From Polyangiaceae bacterium (GTDB lineage: Bacteria > Myxococcota_A > Polyangia > Polyangiales > Polyangiaceae): 21,592 nt of DNA. Positions 1 through 7,600 of this stretch are shown here, in pieces. The stretch is taken from positions 1-21,592 of the forward strand of contig JBGANF010000134.1 of assembly GCA_044222475.1 (NCBI GenBank), read 5' to 3'. Position numbers and translations under genes: made by a program. The notes under the pieces are model-generated. The model searched no databases and was not told where the DNA came from. It saw only the letters and a program-made list of their open reading frames with translations. Every line of letters starts with the position of its first letter. Position 1 is the stretch's first letter.

Positions 1-71
1 TCGAGGCATGGACGGAGGGTCGCTTGGACCTCCTCGTCGCCCGCCGCGGACACTGACGTCGCAAAGCGATC

Positions 72-392
72 CTAGTCCGGCCCGAACACGATCTGCATGT
101 CCGGGAACGCGTCGTTCTCGGCGTAGTACAGGACCGCGCGCAGCGATTGAGCCTCCGTTGGAGCGCGCCCGAGCGCACTTGCCAAACCATCGACGACTTC
201 GCGGATGACCCCGGCTTCGAGCAAGTACCGGTATCCGGCGAGCTCCTCCGGTGCGACCGAACCGTGCAGCTCGACACGCACTTCGGTATCCAGGCCGACA
301 TCGGAAGCGTTCGCCGGGACGTACACCACGTCGTCCGGCTCGTACGCCTCGGGCCTGCGGAGGATGTCCGAAAGAGGGATCAGCGCAGCCAC
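72..392 (-). CDS. Small acidic hypothetical protein, 106 aa (possibly DUF7716-like / immunity-like)
   Basis: ORF with normal protein-like composition. GTG start overlaps the end of the Uma2 gene by 13 nt. C-terminal 'AVLYYAENDAF' motif recalls small DUF7716-type proteins (from memory, unverified). Confidence 0.65.
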   Translation of the reverse strand: MAALIPLSDILRRPEAYEPDDVVYVPANASDVGLDTEVRVELHGSVAPEELAGYRYLLEAGVIREVVDGLASALGRAPTEAQSLRAVLYYAENDAFPDMQIVFGPD

Positions 393-943
393 AGCACTCC
401 GAGATCCAGCTCGATCGCATCGAACGGCACCGCTCGAATCATGACTTCGCCCGAGTGAACGTCGAGCACGCGATAGCCCTTCGGCTCGTGGACGAGGATC
501 TCCAGTGTCTTCGCTTCAGGATCCACGAACCACAAGTGGCTCACGCCATGCGCGTGGTAGGCCTTGCACTTGTCGCCGCGATCGAAGCCCGCCGTGCTCG
601 GCGAGAGGACCTCGCACACCCAGTCGGGCGCGAGCTCGAACCACGCCTTGTCGACCGGCATCTCGGGCATGCGCTCGCGCCGCCATCCCGCGAGGTCGGG
701 CGCGACGACATCGTCTCCGAGGTGAATCTCCGGCTCGTCGAGGATCACCCATCCACCGGGACCGCCGCGCCCACGCTTGAACGGGGGCCCGAGCTCCTCG
801 CCGAGCGTGGTCGCCGCCTGCGCATGCTTCGGCGCAGGACGCGGGTGCGCATGGAGTACGCCGTCGACGATTTGGCCGGTCACGTTCGCCGGAAGAGCGA
901 GGAGATCCTCGTACGTGGCTCTTCGCGACGAGCGGGCGACCAT
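380..943 (-). CDS. Uma2 (DUF820) family PD-(D/E)xK putative endonuclease, 187 aa
   Basis: Motifs ATYEDLLALP, EPEIHL-VAPDLAGW, APDWVCEVLSPST, DR..K..Y..HGV..LWFVDP are typical of Uma2 proteins. Start reassigned to the ATG at 943 (MVARSSRRATY). Confidence 0.92.
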   Translation of the reverse strand: MVARSSRRATYEDLLALPANVTGQIVDGVLHAHPRPAPKHAQAATTLGEELGPPFKRGRGGPGGWVILDEPEIHLGDDVVAPDLAGWRRERMPEMPVDKAWFELAPDWVCEVLSPSTAGFDRGDKCKAYHAHGVSHLWFVDPEAKTLEILVHEPKGYRVLDVHSGEVMIRAVPFDAIELDLGVLWLR

Positions 944-950
944 GCACACG

Positions 951-978
951 AGGATAGCACCTGAGCTCGTGCTACACC
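951..978. promoter_or_regulatory. Back-to-back extended -10-like boxes (putative bidirectional leaderless promoter)
   Basis: TGCTATCCT on - strand (959-951) lies 7 nt before ATG 943. TGCTACACC on + strand (970-978) lies 8 nt before ATG 987. Neither gene has a Shine-Dalgarno at normal spacing. Confidence 0.5.
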
Positions 979-986
979 GAACCTCG

Positions 987-1505
987 ATGCGCTCCTTCGC
1001 TCTCGGCACCGCGTTCGTCGTCGCCGTCGCCGCGCCCGTCTTCGCCAACGAAGGCGCGCCTCACCCGACTCCGCGCGACTGCAGCTCCGACCGCGATTGC
1101 GGCGACGGCGTCTCCTGTCGCTCCGGAAGATGCGCTACTTCGCCGGGCTCGAGCTGCAGCTCCGATCGCGACTGCGGCGGTGCGAGCTGCCGCAGCGGCA
1201 AGTGCGCCAACGCGCCCGACGGCACGTGCAGCTCGGACCGTGACTGCGGCGTCGGCTCGTGCAACAGCGGCAAGTGTGCCGCCGCGGCCGGCACGTGCAG
1301 CTCGGATCGCGACTGCGGCCCAGGCGTGTCGTGCCGAAGCGGCAAGTGCTCCACTGCGGCGGGCGGAAGCTGCAGCTCCGACAGCGACTGCGGCGGCGCG
1401 AGCTGCCGGAGCGGCAAATGCGCTAACTCGCCCGACGGCACGTGCAGCAGCGATCGAGACTGCGGTCGCGGCAGTTGCCGCAGCGGCAAGTGCGCCACCG
1501 ATTGA
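987..1505 (+). CDS. Secreted cysteine-rich repeat protein, 172 aa, six CSSD(R/S)DC-x4/5-C-x4-C repeats
   Basis: Signal peptide MRSFALGTAFVVAVAAPVFA, then six repeats such as CSSDRDCGGASCRSGKC (24 Cys). Start reassigned to ATG 987. Confidence 0.85.
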   Translation: MRSFALGTAFVVAVAAPVFANEGAPHPTPRDCSSDRDCGDGVSCRSGRCATSPGSSCSSDRDCGGASCRSGKCANAPDGTCSSDRDCGVGSCNSGKCAAAAGTCSSDRDCGPGVSCRSGKCSTAAGGSCSSDSDCGGASCRSGKCANSPDGTCSSDRDCGRGSCRSGKCATD

Positions 1506-1540
1506 CCGCGCACGGCGCGCGTAGCTCGAGCAGAGATTTC

Positions 1541-1660
1541 AACAGGAAGGGCGGAAGTACGGAAGATTTTGGGGGGGATCGCCAAGGACGCCAGCTCCTC
1601 AGCGAAGGGCGAGCGTCCACGATCAACCACAAATCCTTCCGTTCTTCCGCCCTTCCTGTT
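1541..1660. repeat. ~120-bp palindromic REP/MITE-like element between convergent genes
   Basis: aacaggaagggcggaagtacggaagattt (1541-1569) is an imperfect inverted repeat of aaatccttccgttcttccgcccttcctgtt (1631-1660). Inner pairs are gatcg/cgatc and ggacgc/gcgtcc. Confidence 0.8.
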
Positions 1661-1678
1661 CTCTCTCTCTCTCTCTCT
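1661..1678. repeat. (CT)9 dinucleotide microsatellite
   Basis: Read directly: ctctctctctctctctct. Confidence 0.9.
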
Positions 1679-1698
1679 CCGAGAGACCAGAGAGTGCG

Positions 1699-2391
1699 TC
1701 AGGGCTTCACGATCGTCGTACCCGCCGGCGGCGTGAAGACGAACTGCGTCGCCGGTACCGGCTGGTTCACCACCGGCGCAGCGAAGTCGAAGCGGTTGCG
1801 GTTGCCCTGACCGTCGAGGATGAGCACGCGCCGCACCTGCGACGTCGCCTGGTCCACGTAGAAGAGGACCTTCGTGTACGCCGGCGTCGGCGTCACCGGA
1901 TCACCGACGAGCACCCAACCGCCGGGGAACTGCATCGTCGCGCCGTCGAGGAGCTGGAAGTTGAAGAGCTTCGCGAGCTCGCCCTGGCCGGTGAGGAACG
2001 CGAGCGCCGCCGGGTACTGCGACTGCGTCACGTTCTGCTCGTACATCTGCTTGTTCGCGGCTTCGTACACGCGCAGAAGCGTGCCGTCGCTCACGATGCG
2101 GTTGCCCGCCGGATCCTTGTAGGTCCAGTCCATCTTGCCCGGCTTCGAGAAGATGACGTGACCCTGCGACGTCTTCGTCTGGTTGTACGCCTTCACGAGG
2201 TACGTCTGGGTGAAGTCGGCGCTGAACGTCGTCGTCGCGTTGTAGAAGGTCTGCACGTTGGCGACGACGCTCGCCGCGGTGGGCGCGGCGGGAGCTGCCG
2301 GAGCGGCGTCGGCCATGCTCGTCCCATGAACGGACGTGACGGCGAGGGCGGCAGCGGTGGCGAGCACGAGCACGAGGGACCGGGATTTCAT
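1699..2391 (-). CDS. lolA: Outer-membrane lipoprotein carrier protein LolA, 230 aa
   Basis: Signal peptide, then FSADFTQT, SQGHVIFSKPGKMDWTY, IVSDGTLLRVYE, GNRNRFDF, FVFTPPAGTTIV: the LolA signature. Start ATG 2391 with GAAGG upstream. Confidence 0.9.
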   Translation of the reverse strand: MKSRSLVLVLATAAALAVTSVHGTSMADAAPAAPAAPTAASVVANVQTFYNATTTFSADFTQTYLVKAYNQTKTSQGHVIFSKPGKMDWTYKDPAGNRIVSDGTLLRVYEAANKQMYEQNVTQSQYPAALAFLTGQGELAKLFNFQLLDGATMQFPGGWVLVGDPVTPTPAYTKVLFYVDQATSQVRRVLILDGQGNRNRFDFAAPVVNQPVPATQFVFTPPAGTTIVKP

Positions 2392-2453
2392 CGTTTTCTG
2401 ACCTTCTAAGGGTTGGACGGAGCTCGGGGCGGTTCCATGGTCCCGCGTGATAA

Positions 2454-3056
2454 CTACCTGGATTTGCTCGACTTCATTCCCGCTTTTTCCCGATTCCTCA
2501 GCAAAAACGCGATGGGGTCCCTCTTCCTTACGCCTCTTTTGGTGGCCGTCAACGCTTCGGCGAAGGCGGGGGGCAGGCCAGCCGGGGTGACCGGCGACCC
2601 GGCGAGGTGGGTCAGCGCGATCGCGAGGGCGTCGGCGGCGTCCGCCGCGGGTACGCTCGCCAGCCCCAAGAGCGCGCGCACCATCGCCCCGACCTGCGCC
2701 TTCTCGGCGCGGCCGTACGCGGCGACCGTTCGCTTCACGCGCGCCGGCGCGTACTCGAACACCGGAAGCGACCGCTCGCCGCACACGAGCAGCGCGACGC
2801 CGCGCGCGTGACCGAGCTTCGCCGCCGCCTGCGCGTCGCGGTGGAAGAACATGCCCTCGACCCCGGCCGCGACGGGCCCGTGCGCATCGACGACCGCGAG
2901 GAGCTCGAGCCGCAGACGCACGAGCCGCTCCGCGAGCGGACCATCGCCGAGCGCGATCACGCCGTGCGCGACGTGCTTCACCCGCGTGCCGTCGCGAGCG
3001 ACGACGCCCCACCCGAAGCGACGCGTCCCGGGATCGAGACCGAGGACGCGGGTCAC
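2454..3056 (-). CDS. ruvC: Holliday junction resolvase RuvC, 200 aa
   Basis: VLGLDPG, VEGMFF, LGHARGV, EYAPARVK..V..YGRAEKAQV, DAADALAIA; all four catalytic acidic residues present; follows yebC. Confidence 0.96.
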   Translation of the reverse strand: MTRVLGLDPGTRRFGWGVVARDGTRVKHVAHGVIALGDGPLAERLVRLRLELLAVVDAHGPVAAGVEGMFFHRDAQAAAKLGHARGVALLVCGERSLPVFEYAPARVKRTVAAYGRAEKAQVGAMVRALLGLASVPAADAADALAIALTHLAGSPVTPAGLPPAFAEALTATKRGVRKRDPIAFLLRNREKAGMKSSKSR

Positions 3057-3105
3057 GTCGAACCTCTGGGCCCCGTCATCGACTGCGGCGTGCCAGCGAA
3101 TTCTG

Positions 3106-3317
3106 GGCGCCCCGGACTGAAGTCCGGGGCAGCAACGGAACTGATGCTGGACCCAACCAAAGCCCGCGCGGAGCGCGGGCTCCCAGTGCCAAGGACGTCC
3201 ACGATACCAACCTGGGACAATGATTGGTGCCGCACACGAGAGCCCGCCCTCCTGGGCGGGCTTTGGACGAGTAACGCAGTGGGCCCGTTGCTGCCCCGGA
3301 CTTCAGTCCGGGGCGCC
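3106..3317. mobile_element. 212-bp non-autonomous REPIN/MITE-like element with perfect 33-bp terminal inverted repeats
   Basis: ggcgccccggactgaagtccggggcagcaacgg (3106-3138) is the exact reverse complement of 3285-3317. Each arm holds a GCCCCGGAC-TGAA-GTCCGGGGC hairpin. A second inverted hairpin pair sits at 3157-3182 and 3240-3266. Confidence 0.75.
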
Positions 3318-3369
3318 ATGCGACCGAGATGGGATGCGTCCGGAGGCATCAGTCCGGGATGCCCATGGC

Positions 3370-4116
3370 TCATCCGCCCAGCTTCGCCAGTACCTCGTCC
3401 GAGACGTCGAAGTCGGCGTAGACGTTCTGCACGTCGTCGTGATCGTCGAGCGCTTCGACGAGGTTCAGCGCGACCTCGGCGTCGCGATCGACGAGCGGCT
3501 TCTTCGTCTTCGGGACGTACGCGAGCGAGCCCTTGCCGGTGATCTTCGCCTTCTCGAGCGACTCGAGCACGACGTTGAGCGCGTCGGGCGGAGTCGTGAG
3601 CTGCCACTCTTCGCCACCGTCGGTGTAGTCCTCCGCGCCGGCGCCGACCGCGACCTCCATGAGCTGATCCTCGGTGGCCGAAGCCTTCGGCAGGCTGATG
3701 AGGCCCTTGCGCTCGAACGCCCACCCCGCGGTGCTCGCGCCGCCGAGGACGCCGTTGTGCTTCTCGAAGATCTTTCGAATCTCGGCGACGGTGCGGTTGC
3801 GGTTGTCGGTCATTCCTTCGACGAGGAAGAGCGTGCCGCCGGGGCCCGTGCCCTCGTAGAGGACCTCTTCGTACGCCGCGCCCTCGATCTCGCCCGTGCC
3901 GCGCTTCACGGCGCGGTTGATCGTGTCGTTGGGCATCGCGTTGCCCTTCGCGTCGGCGATGGCCTTGCGGAGGCGCGGGTTACCGCTCGGATCGCCGCCG
4001 CCCATGCGCGCCGCGACCGTGAGCTCCTTGATGAGCTTCGTGAAGAGCTTGCCGCGCTTGGCGTCGAGCGCGCCCTTCTTGTGCTTGATGGTGGCCCATT
4101 TGGAGTGGCCGCTCAT
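3370..4116 (-). CDS. yebC: YebC/PmpR family protein, 248 aa
   Basis: MSGHSKWATIKHKKGALDAKRGKLFTKL, YEGTGPGG, TDNRNRT, LDDHDDVQNVY; adjacent to ruvC. Confidence 0.97.
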   Translation of the reverse strand: MSGHSKWATIKHKKGALDAKRGKLFTKLIKELTVAARMGGGDPSGNPRLRKAIADAKGNAMPNDTINRAVKRGTGEIEGAAYEEVLYEGTGPGGTLFLVEGMTDNRNRTVAEIRKIFEKHNGVLGGASTAGWAFERKGLISLPKASATEDQLMEVAVGAGAEDYTDGGEEWQLTTPPDALNVVLESLEKAKITGKGSLAYVPKTKKPLVDRDAEVALNLVEALDDHDDVQNVYADFDVSDEVLAKLGG

Positions 4117-4135
4117 GACGTCTGTCTCCCGAGGT

Positions 4136-4597
4136 TCATTCCGACGCCGCGGCGCCGACGCGCTTCAGGAGCGCGGTCACTTTCTGCTTCGTCACTCCGG
4201 CGGCCTTGCCGATCGCGTGGAGGACGGCGGACTCCTTCTTGTCGATCCCGCCGGACGCCTGCGCGATGAACGCGGCGAAGAGCAAGCCGGCCTCCGGCTG
4301 GTCCAACGCCTTGAGCTTCTGGCCGACGAGCTCGGCGCGCTTGTCTTCGCCTTCGGTCTTCGCCCGATCGGCGCACGCGTCGATCAGGGTCTCGACCTCC
4401 CACTCGATGACCGCACCGACCGAGAGGACCTCGATCGCCTTGACGAGCACCTGGCGCTCCTTCTCGTCGACCGTGCCGTCGGCGCGGGCCGCGAGGAAGC
4501 CCGCTTCGGTGGCGACCTCGAAGACTTCGTTCTGCTTGGGGACCTTGAGCTCCTTGCGGATCTCGACGGCGGCTTTCTCGAGCTCGGCGAAATTCAT
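4136..4597 (-). CDS. TerB-like (tellurite resistance family) helical protein, 153 aa
   Basis: Duplicated TerB motifs AARADGTVDEKE and IAQASGGIDKKE..VL..I..A.G; 19 nt upstream of yebC. Confidence 0.75.
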   Translation of the reverse strand: MNFAELEKAAVEIRKELKVPKQNEVFEVATEAGFLAARADGTVDEKERQVLVKAIEVLSVGAVIEWEVETLIDACADRAKTEGEDKRAELVGQKLKALDQPEAGLLFAAFIAQASGGIDKKESAVLHAIGKAAGVTKQKVTALLKRVGAAASE

Positions 4598-4662
4598 CGT
4601 TTTCTCTTCCGGTTCGTGGGTCGCGCCATCTTACTCGGTCCTGGCGCGACGTGGTTCCGTTC

Positions 4663-7600
4663 TTACTTCGCGGGCTTCACCTTCGTGCTGGCGAGGAATC
4701 CGTCGTCCGCCTTGTGCGCGCTCTGGACGAACGCGCCGTAGCGGGCGATGGGCACGGTCCCGGTCGCGACGGCGAGGTTGAACTCCTCGTCGATCGTGAG
4801 CCCGTCGACCGCGATCTTCCGCTGCGCCTCGATGTTCGGATCCTTCACGTCGACGGGACCGGGGAGGCGCAGGATCGCGGCGCCCTTGGGCAGCTCGACG
4901 CGACGGTGCACGTGGTACTGGACCGTGCGGCTGATCGCGAGCGCGCTCTCGCGCGTGCCTTCGGACGCGTACGTCGCGCTGAGCGTCGCGACCTGCGAGC
5001 GCGGGTAGACGTAGTGGATCGGCTCGATGCCGGGGAGGACCCAGGTGCGCGTCTTCTGGCCCTCGGGCTGAGCGTACGCGGGCACGCTGACGTCGGCGCG
5101 GACGGCGACCTGCCAGCTGCCCTCGGTCGACGAGAGCGCGACGTTCTCGACGTTGGCGAACGGGAGCCAGCCGAGCGCGATGCCGCGCAGCGCCTTCTCG
5201 CGCTCGACACCGACGATGCGGTAGAGCGCCTCGGCGATCTCCTGCGCGGCGCGGCCGCGGAGGAGAACGGTGAGCGTTCCTTTGGCGTCGCCGTTGTCGT
5301 CGACGACGAGACGAAGGTCGACCTCGTCGCGCTCTTCGGCGCCGGACGTCTTCGGGAGCTCGGCGATCTTGCCGTCGACCGAGATCATCGCGCGGCCGCG
5401 GAGCTCGGGCGAGATGCGGCCTGCCGGGAGGGGAGGACCGGAGACGTCCGCGTCGATCCATACGTCCTCCGTCTTGCCGCCAGTCGTCACGTGAGCGACG
5501 GCCAGCGGGTGCGAGAACCGCCCGAAGCGCACCGGGAACTTGGGGTCGGCGCTGTACGGGACGTTCTCGGCGATGACGATGTCGACCGGGACGCCGAGCT
5601 GGCGGAGCGCGCGCGTGATGAGCCACGTGCGGCTGCCTTCGTGCGTCGCGAGGATCGTGCGGGCGGTGCTGCCGTCGGCCGAGCCGATGTTGATGTCGCT
5701 CAAGTCGGCGGCGCTCGCTTCGCGAACGGTGTCGCCGGCCTTCTGCACGACGGCGTCGACGAGCTCGCGGGATGCCGCGGCCTTGCCTGCGCCAGCCGCG
5801 ATGGCCCACGCGGAGACCTCGGGATCGTCGTCCTCGAGGCCGGCGAGCGTCTCGCGGAGAGAGCGCGCGATGGTCCCCCACTCGGCGGTGCCGTAGGTGA
5901 AGCCGACGCTGCGGTCCATCTTGGGGACGCCGTCCTCGAGGTGGCGGTTGCCCTGATCCTTGACGGTCCACGTCAGGATCCGGTCGCCCCCTTCGGTCTT
6001 CTCGACCGGCTTGCCGAGGAGCGGGTGCATCCACAGGTCGCTCTTCACCGCCGCGGGGACGCGGAGCTCGAGCGTCGCGGTCGAGACGCTGATGCGCTCG
6101 GGGAGGAGGTCGGGCGTGTCGATCACGAGGTCGCCGGTCTCCGACGGGACGGCGATGCCCTCGTAGAGGGCTTCGATGACGTCGCCCTGTTCGAGCTGCG
6201 CGAGATCGGCGTGGCTCTGGGCCGCGTTCGGGTTGCGGTCGGGCTCGAGGACGCGGCCGTCCTTCTTGTGGATGCGGCGGCGCAGCGAGCGCAGCACTTG
6301 GCGACCGGCGATGTCCGGCGGGGCGGCGGCGGCGTTCTCTTCGATGTCCGTCGTTCCGGTGACGCGACGAACGTCGAACATGATCCAGCGGAGGACTCCG
6401 CCGTCGAGCACGCGGTAGCGCTCGACGTGCGAGAGCAGGAGCGTCGCGGCCTTGTTCGACTCCTTCGGCTTGAGCCGATCCTCGGCCGCGAGCTTCGCGG
6501 CGACGCCTTCGAACTCGAGCGCGGGATCGTCGCCGAGCGAGCGGAGCAGCGCGGGGAGCGCGGCCGGCGAGTCGGGCGCGGTCGCGGCGAGGCCGAGGAG
6601 CTCCTTGACCACGTCCTTGTCGTTCGCCGCGTTCCACGCCGGCGTGCCGAAGCCGCGCACCGCGAGGAGGTTCGCGAGGTTCTTCTCGCCGGGGAGCATC
6701 GCGTCGAACGCGGCCTTCGCTCCCGGCACGTCGTTCGCGGCGAGAGACGCGCGGACGAAGGTCGAGAGGAACGACTTCGGCTCGCCGTAGAGCATGCGAA
6801 CGCGGCCGAGCTCGGAGAGAGCATCGCCACGCTTTCCGATCGCCTCGAGCGCCTGGTAGCAGCGCAGGTCGTCGCGACGGTGCCCGGGGCGCTGCCCGCA
6901 CTCGAACGTCACGGTGTCGGCGTCGGATCGACCGAACGCGACGCGCTCGACGTCGTCGAGGATGGGCGCGCCGGCGAGCGGACCCTTGGCGCGTGCGAAC
7001 GCGTTGCGCGCGCGATCGTGGAGGTTCTCGCCACCGGCGATCGCGGCTTCGTACGCGTCGAGGATCGGCGCGCCGTCCGGCGTGACCTTGGCCTTGTGCG
7101 CGTCGAGATCCTTGAGCGCCTCGATCGCCGCTTCGCTCGCGCCCTTGCGGTCGCCGGCGAGCTCGGCGTGAATCAGGATCGCTTCCCACGAGGCGGGCGA
7201 CTTGTCGAGGATGCGATCGACGAGAGCGCGCGCGCGCTCCGCGCGCTGGACCGACGGGAGATCCGACGCCGTCATGAGCGCGCGGAGCGAGACGAGCAGG
7301 AGCTCGGCCGGTGCGTCGTCGCGCTTGGTCGCTTCGGAGAGGATGCGCTCCGCCGGCCGGCTCTCACCGGAAGCGAGGAGCGCCGCCGCAGCGAGCGTGC
7401 GCTCGCTGTCGGTCTTCGCGTCGAACATGCCGACGCGCTTCACGTCGCCAGCGGTGACCGTCGCGCGCGATCCCGCGGAGGGCGCGCGCAGCTTGAGCGG
7501 CTTTCCGTGGGCATCCCACGCGTCGATCTCGACGCTGCCACCCGCGACCGAACCCACGCGGGCCACGAGTCGGACGGTGCCCTTCGTGACGTGCACCGTC

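Noticed and set aside
1..208. ORF 8-208 (+), and a possible minus-strand gene starting at ATG 9 and leaving the window
   Set aside because: The + ORF is Arg/Pro-rich and antisense to the 106-aa gene. Only three codons of the minus candidate are visible, so it cannot be supported.
1078..1495. Regularly spaced DNA repeats (tgcagctc.ga.cg.gactgcggc) resembling a CRISPR array
   Set aside because: The repeats are in-frame coding units with synonymous variation, the 'spacers' resemble each other, and no cas genes are present.
1699..3012. ORF-track N-terminal extensions (lolA 437 aa; also starts at 1048, 777, 8496, 12335, 16272, 18269, 21425)
   Set aside because: The extensions overlap neighbouring genes or promoters and bury signal peptides. 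Downstream starts fit signal, SD or paralog evidence.
2454..3317. RuvC next to a hairpin element as a possible TnpB/IscB-type RNA-guided system
   Set aside because: The protein is a canonical Holliday-junction RuvC in its usual yebC context, with no HNH, zinc finger, bridge helix or PLMP region.
3057..3369. 6S RNA, tRNA or riboswitch in the yebC-ruvC spacer
   Set aside because: No recognisable conserved motifs, and the perfect dyad symmetry fits a DNA repeat element better. An Rfam scan was not run.
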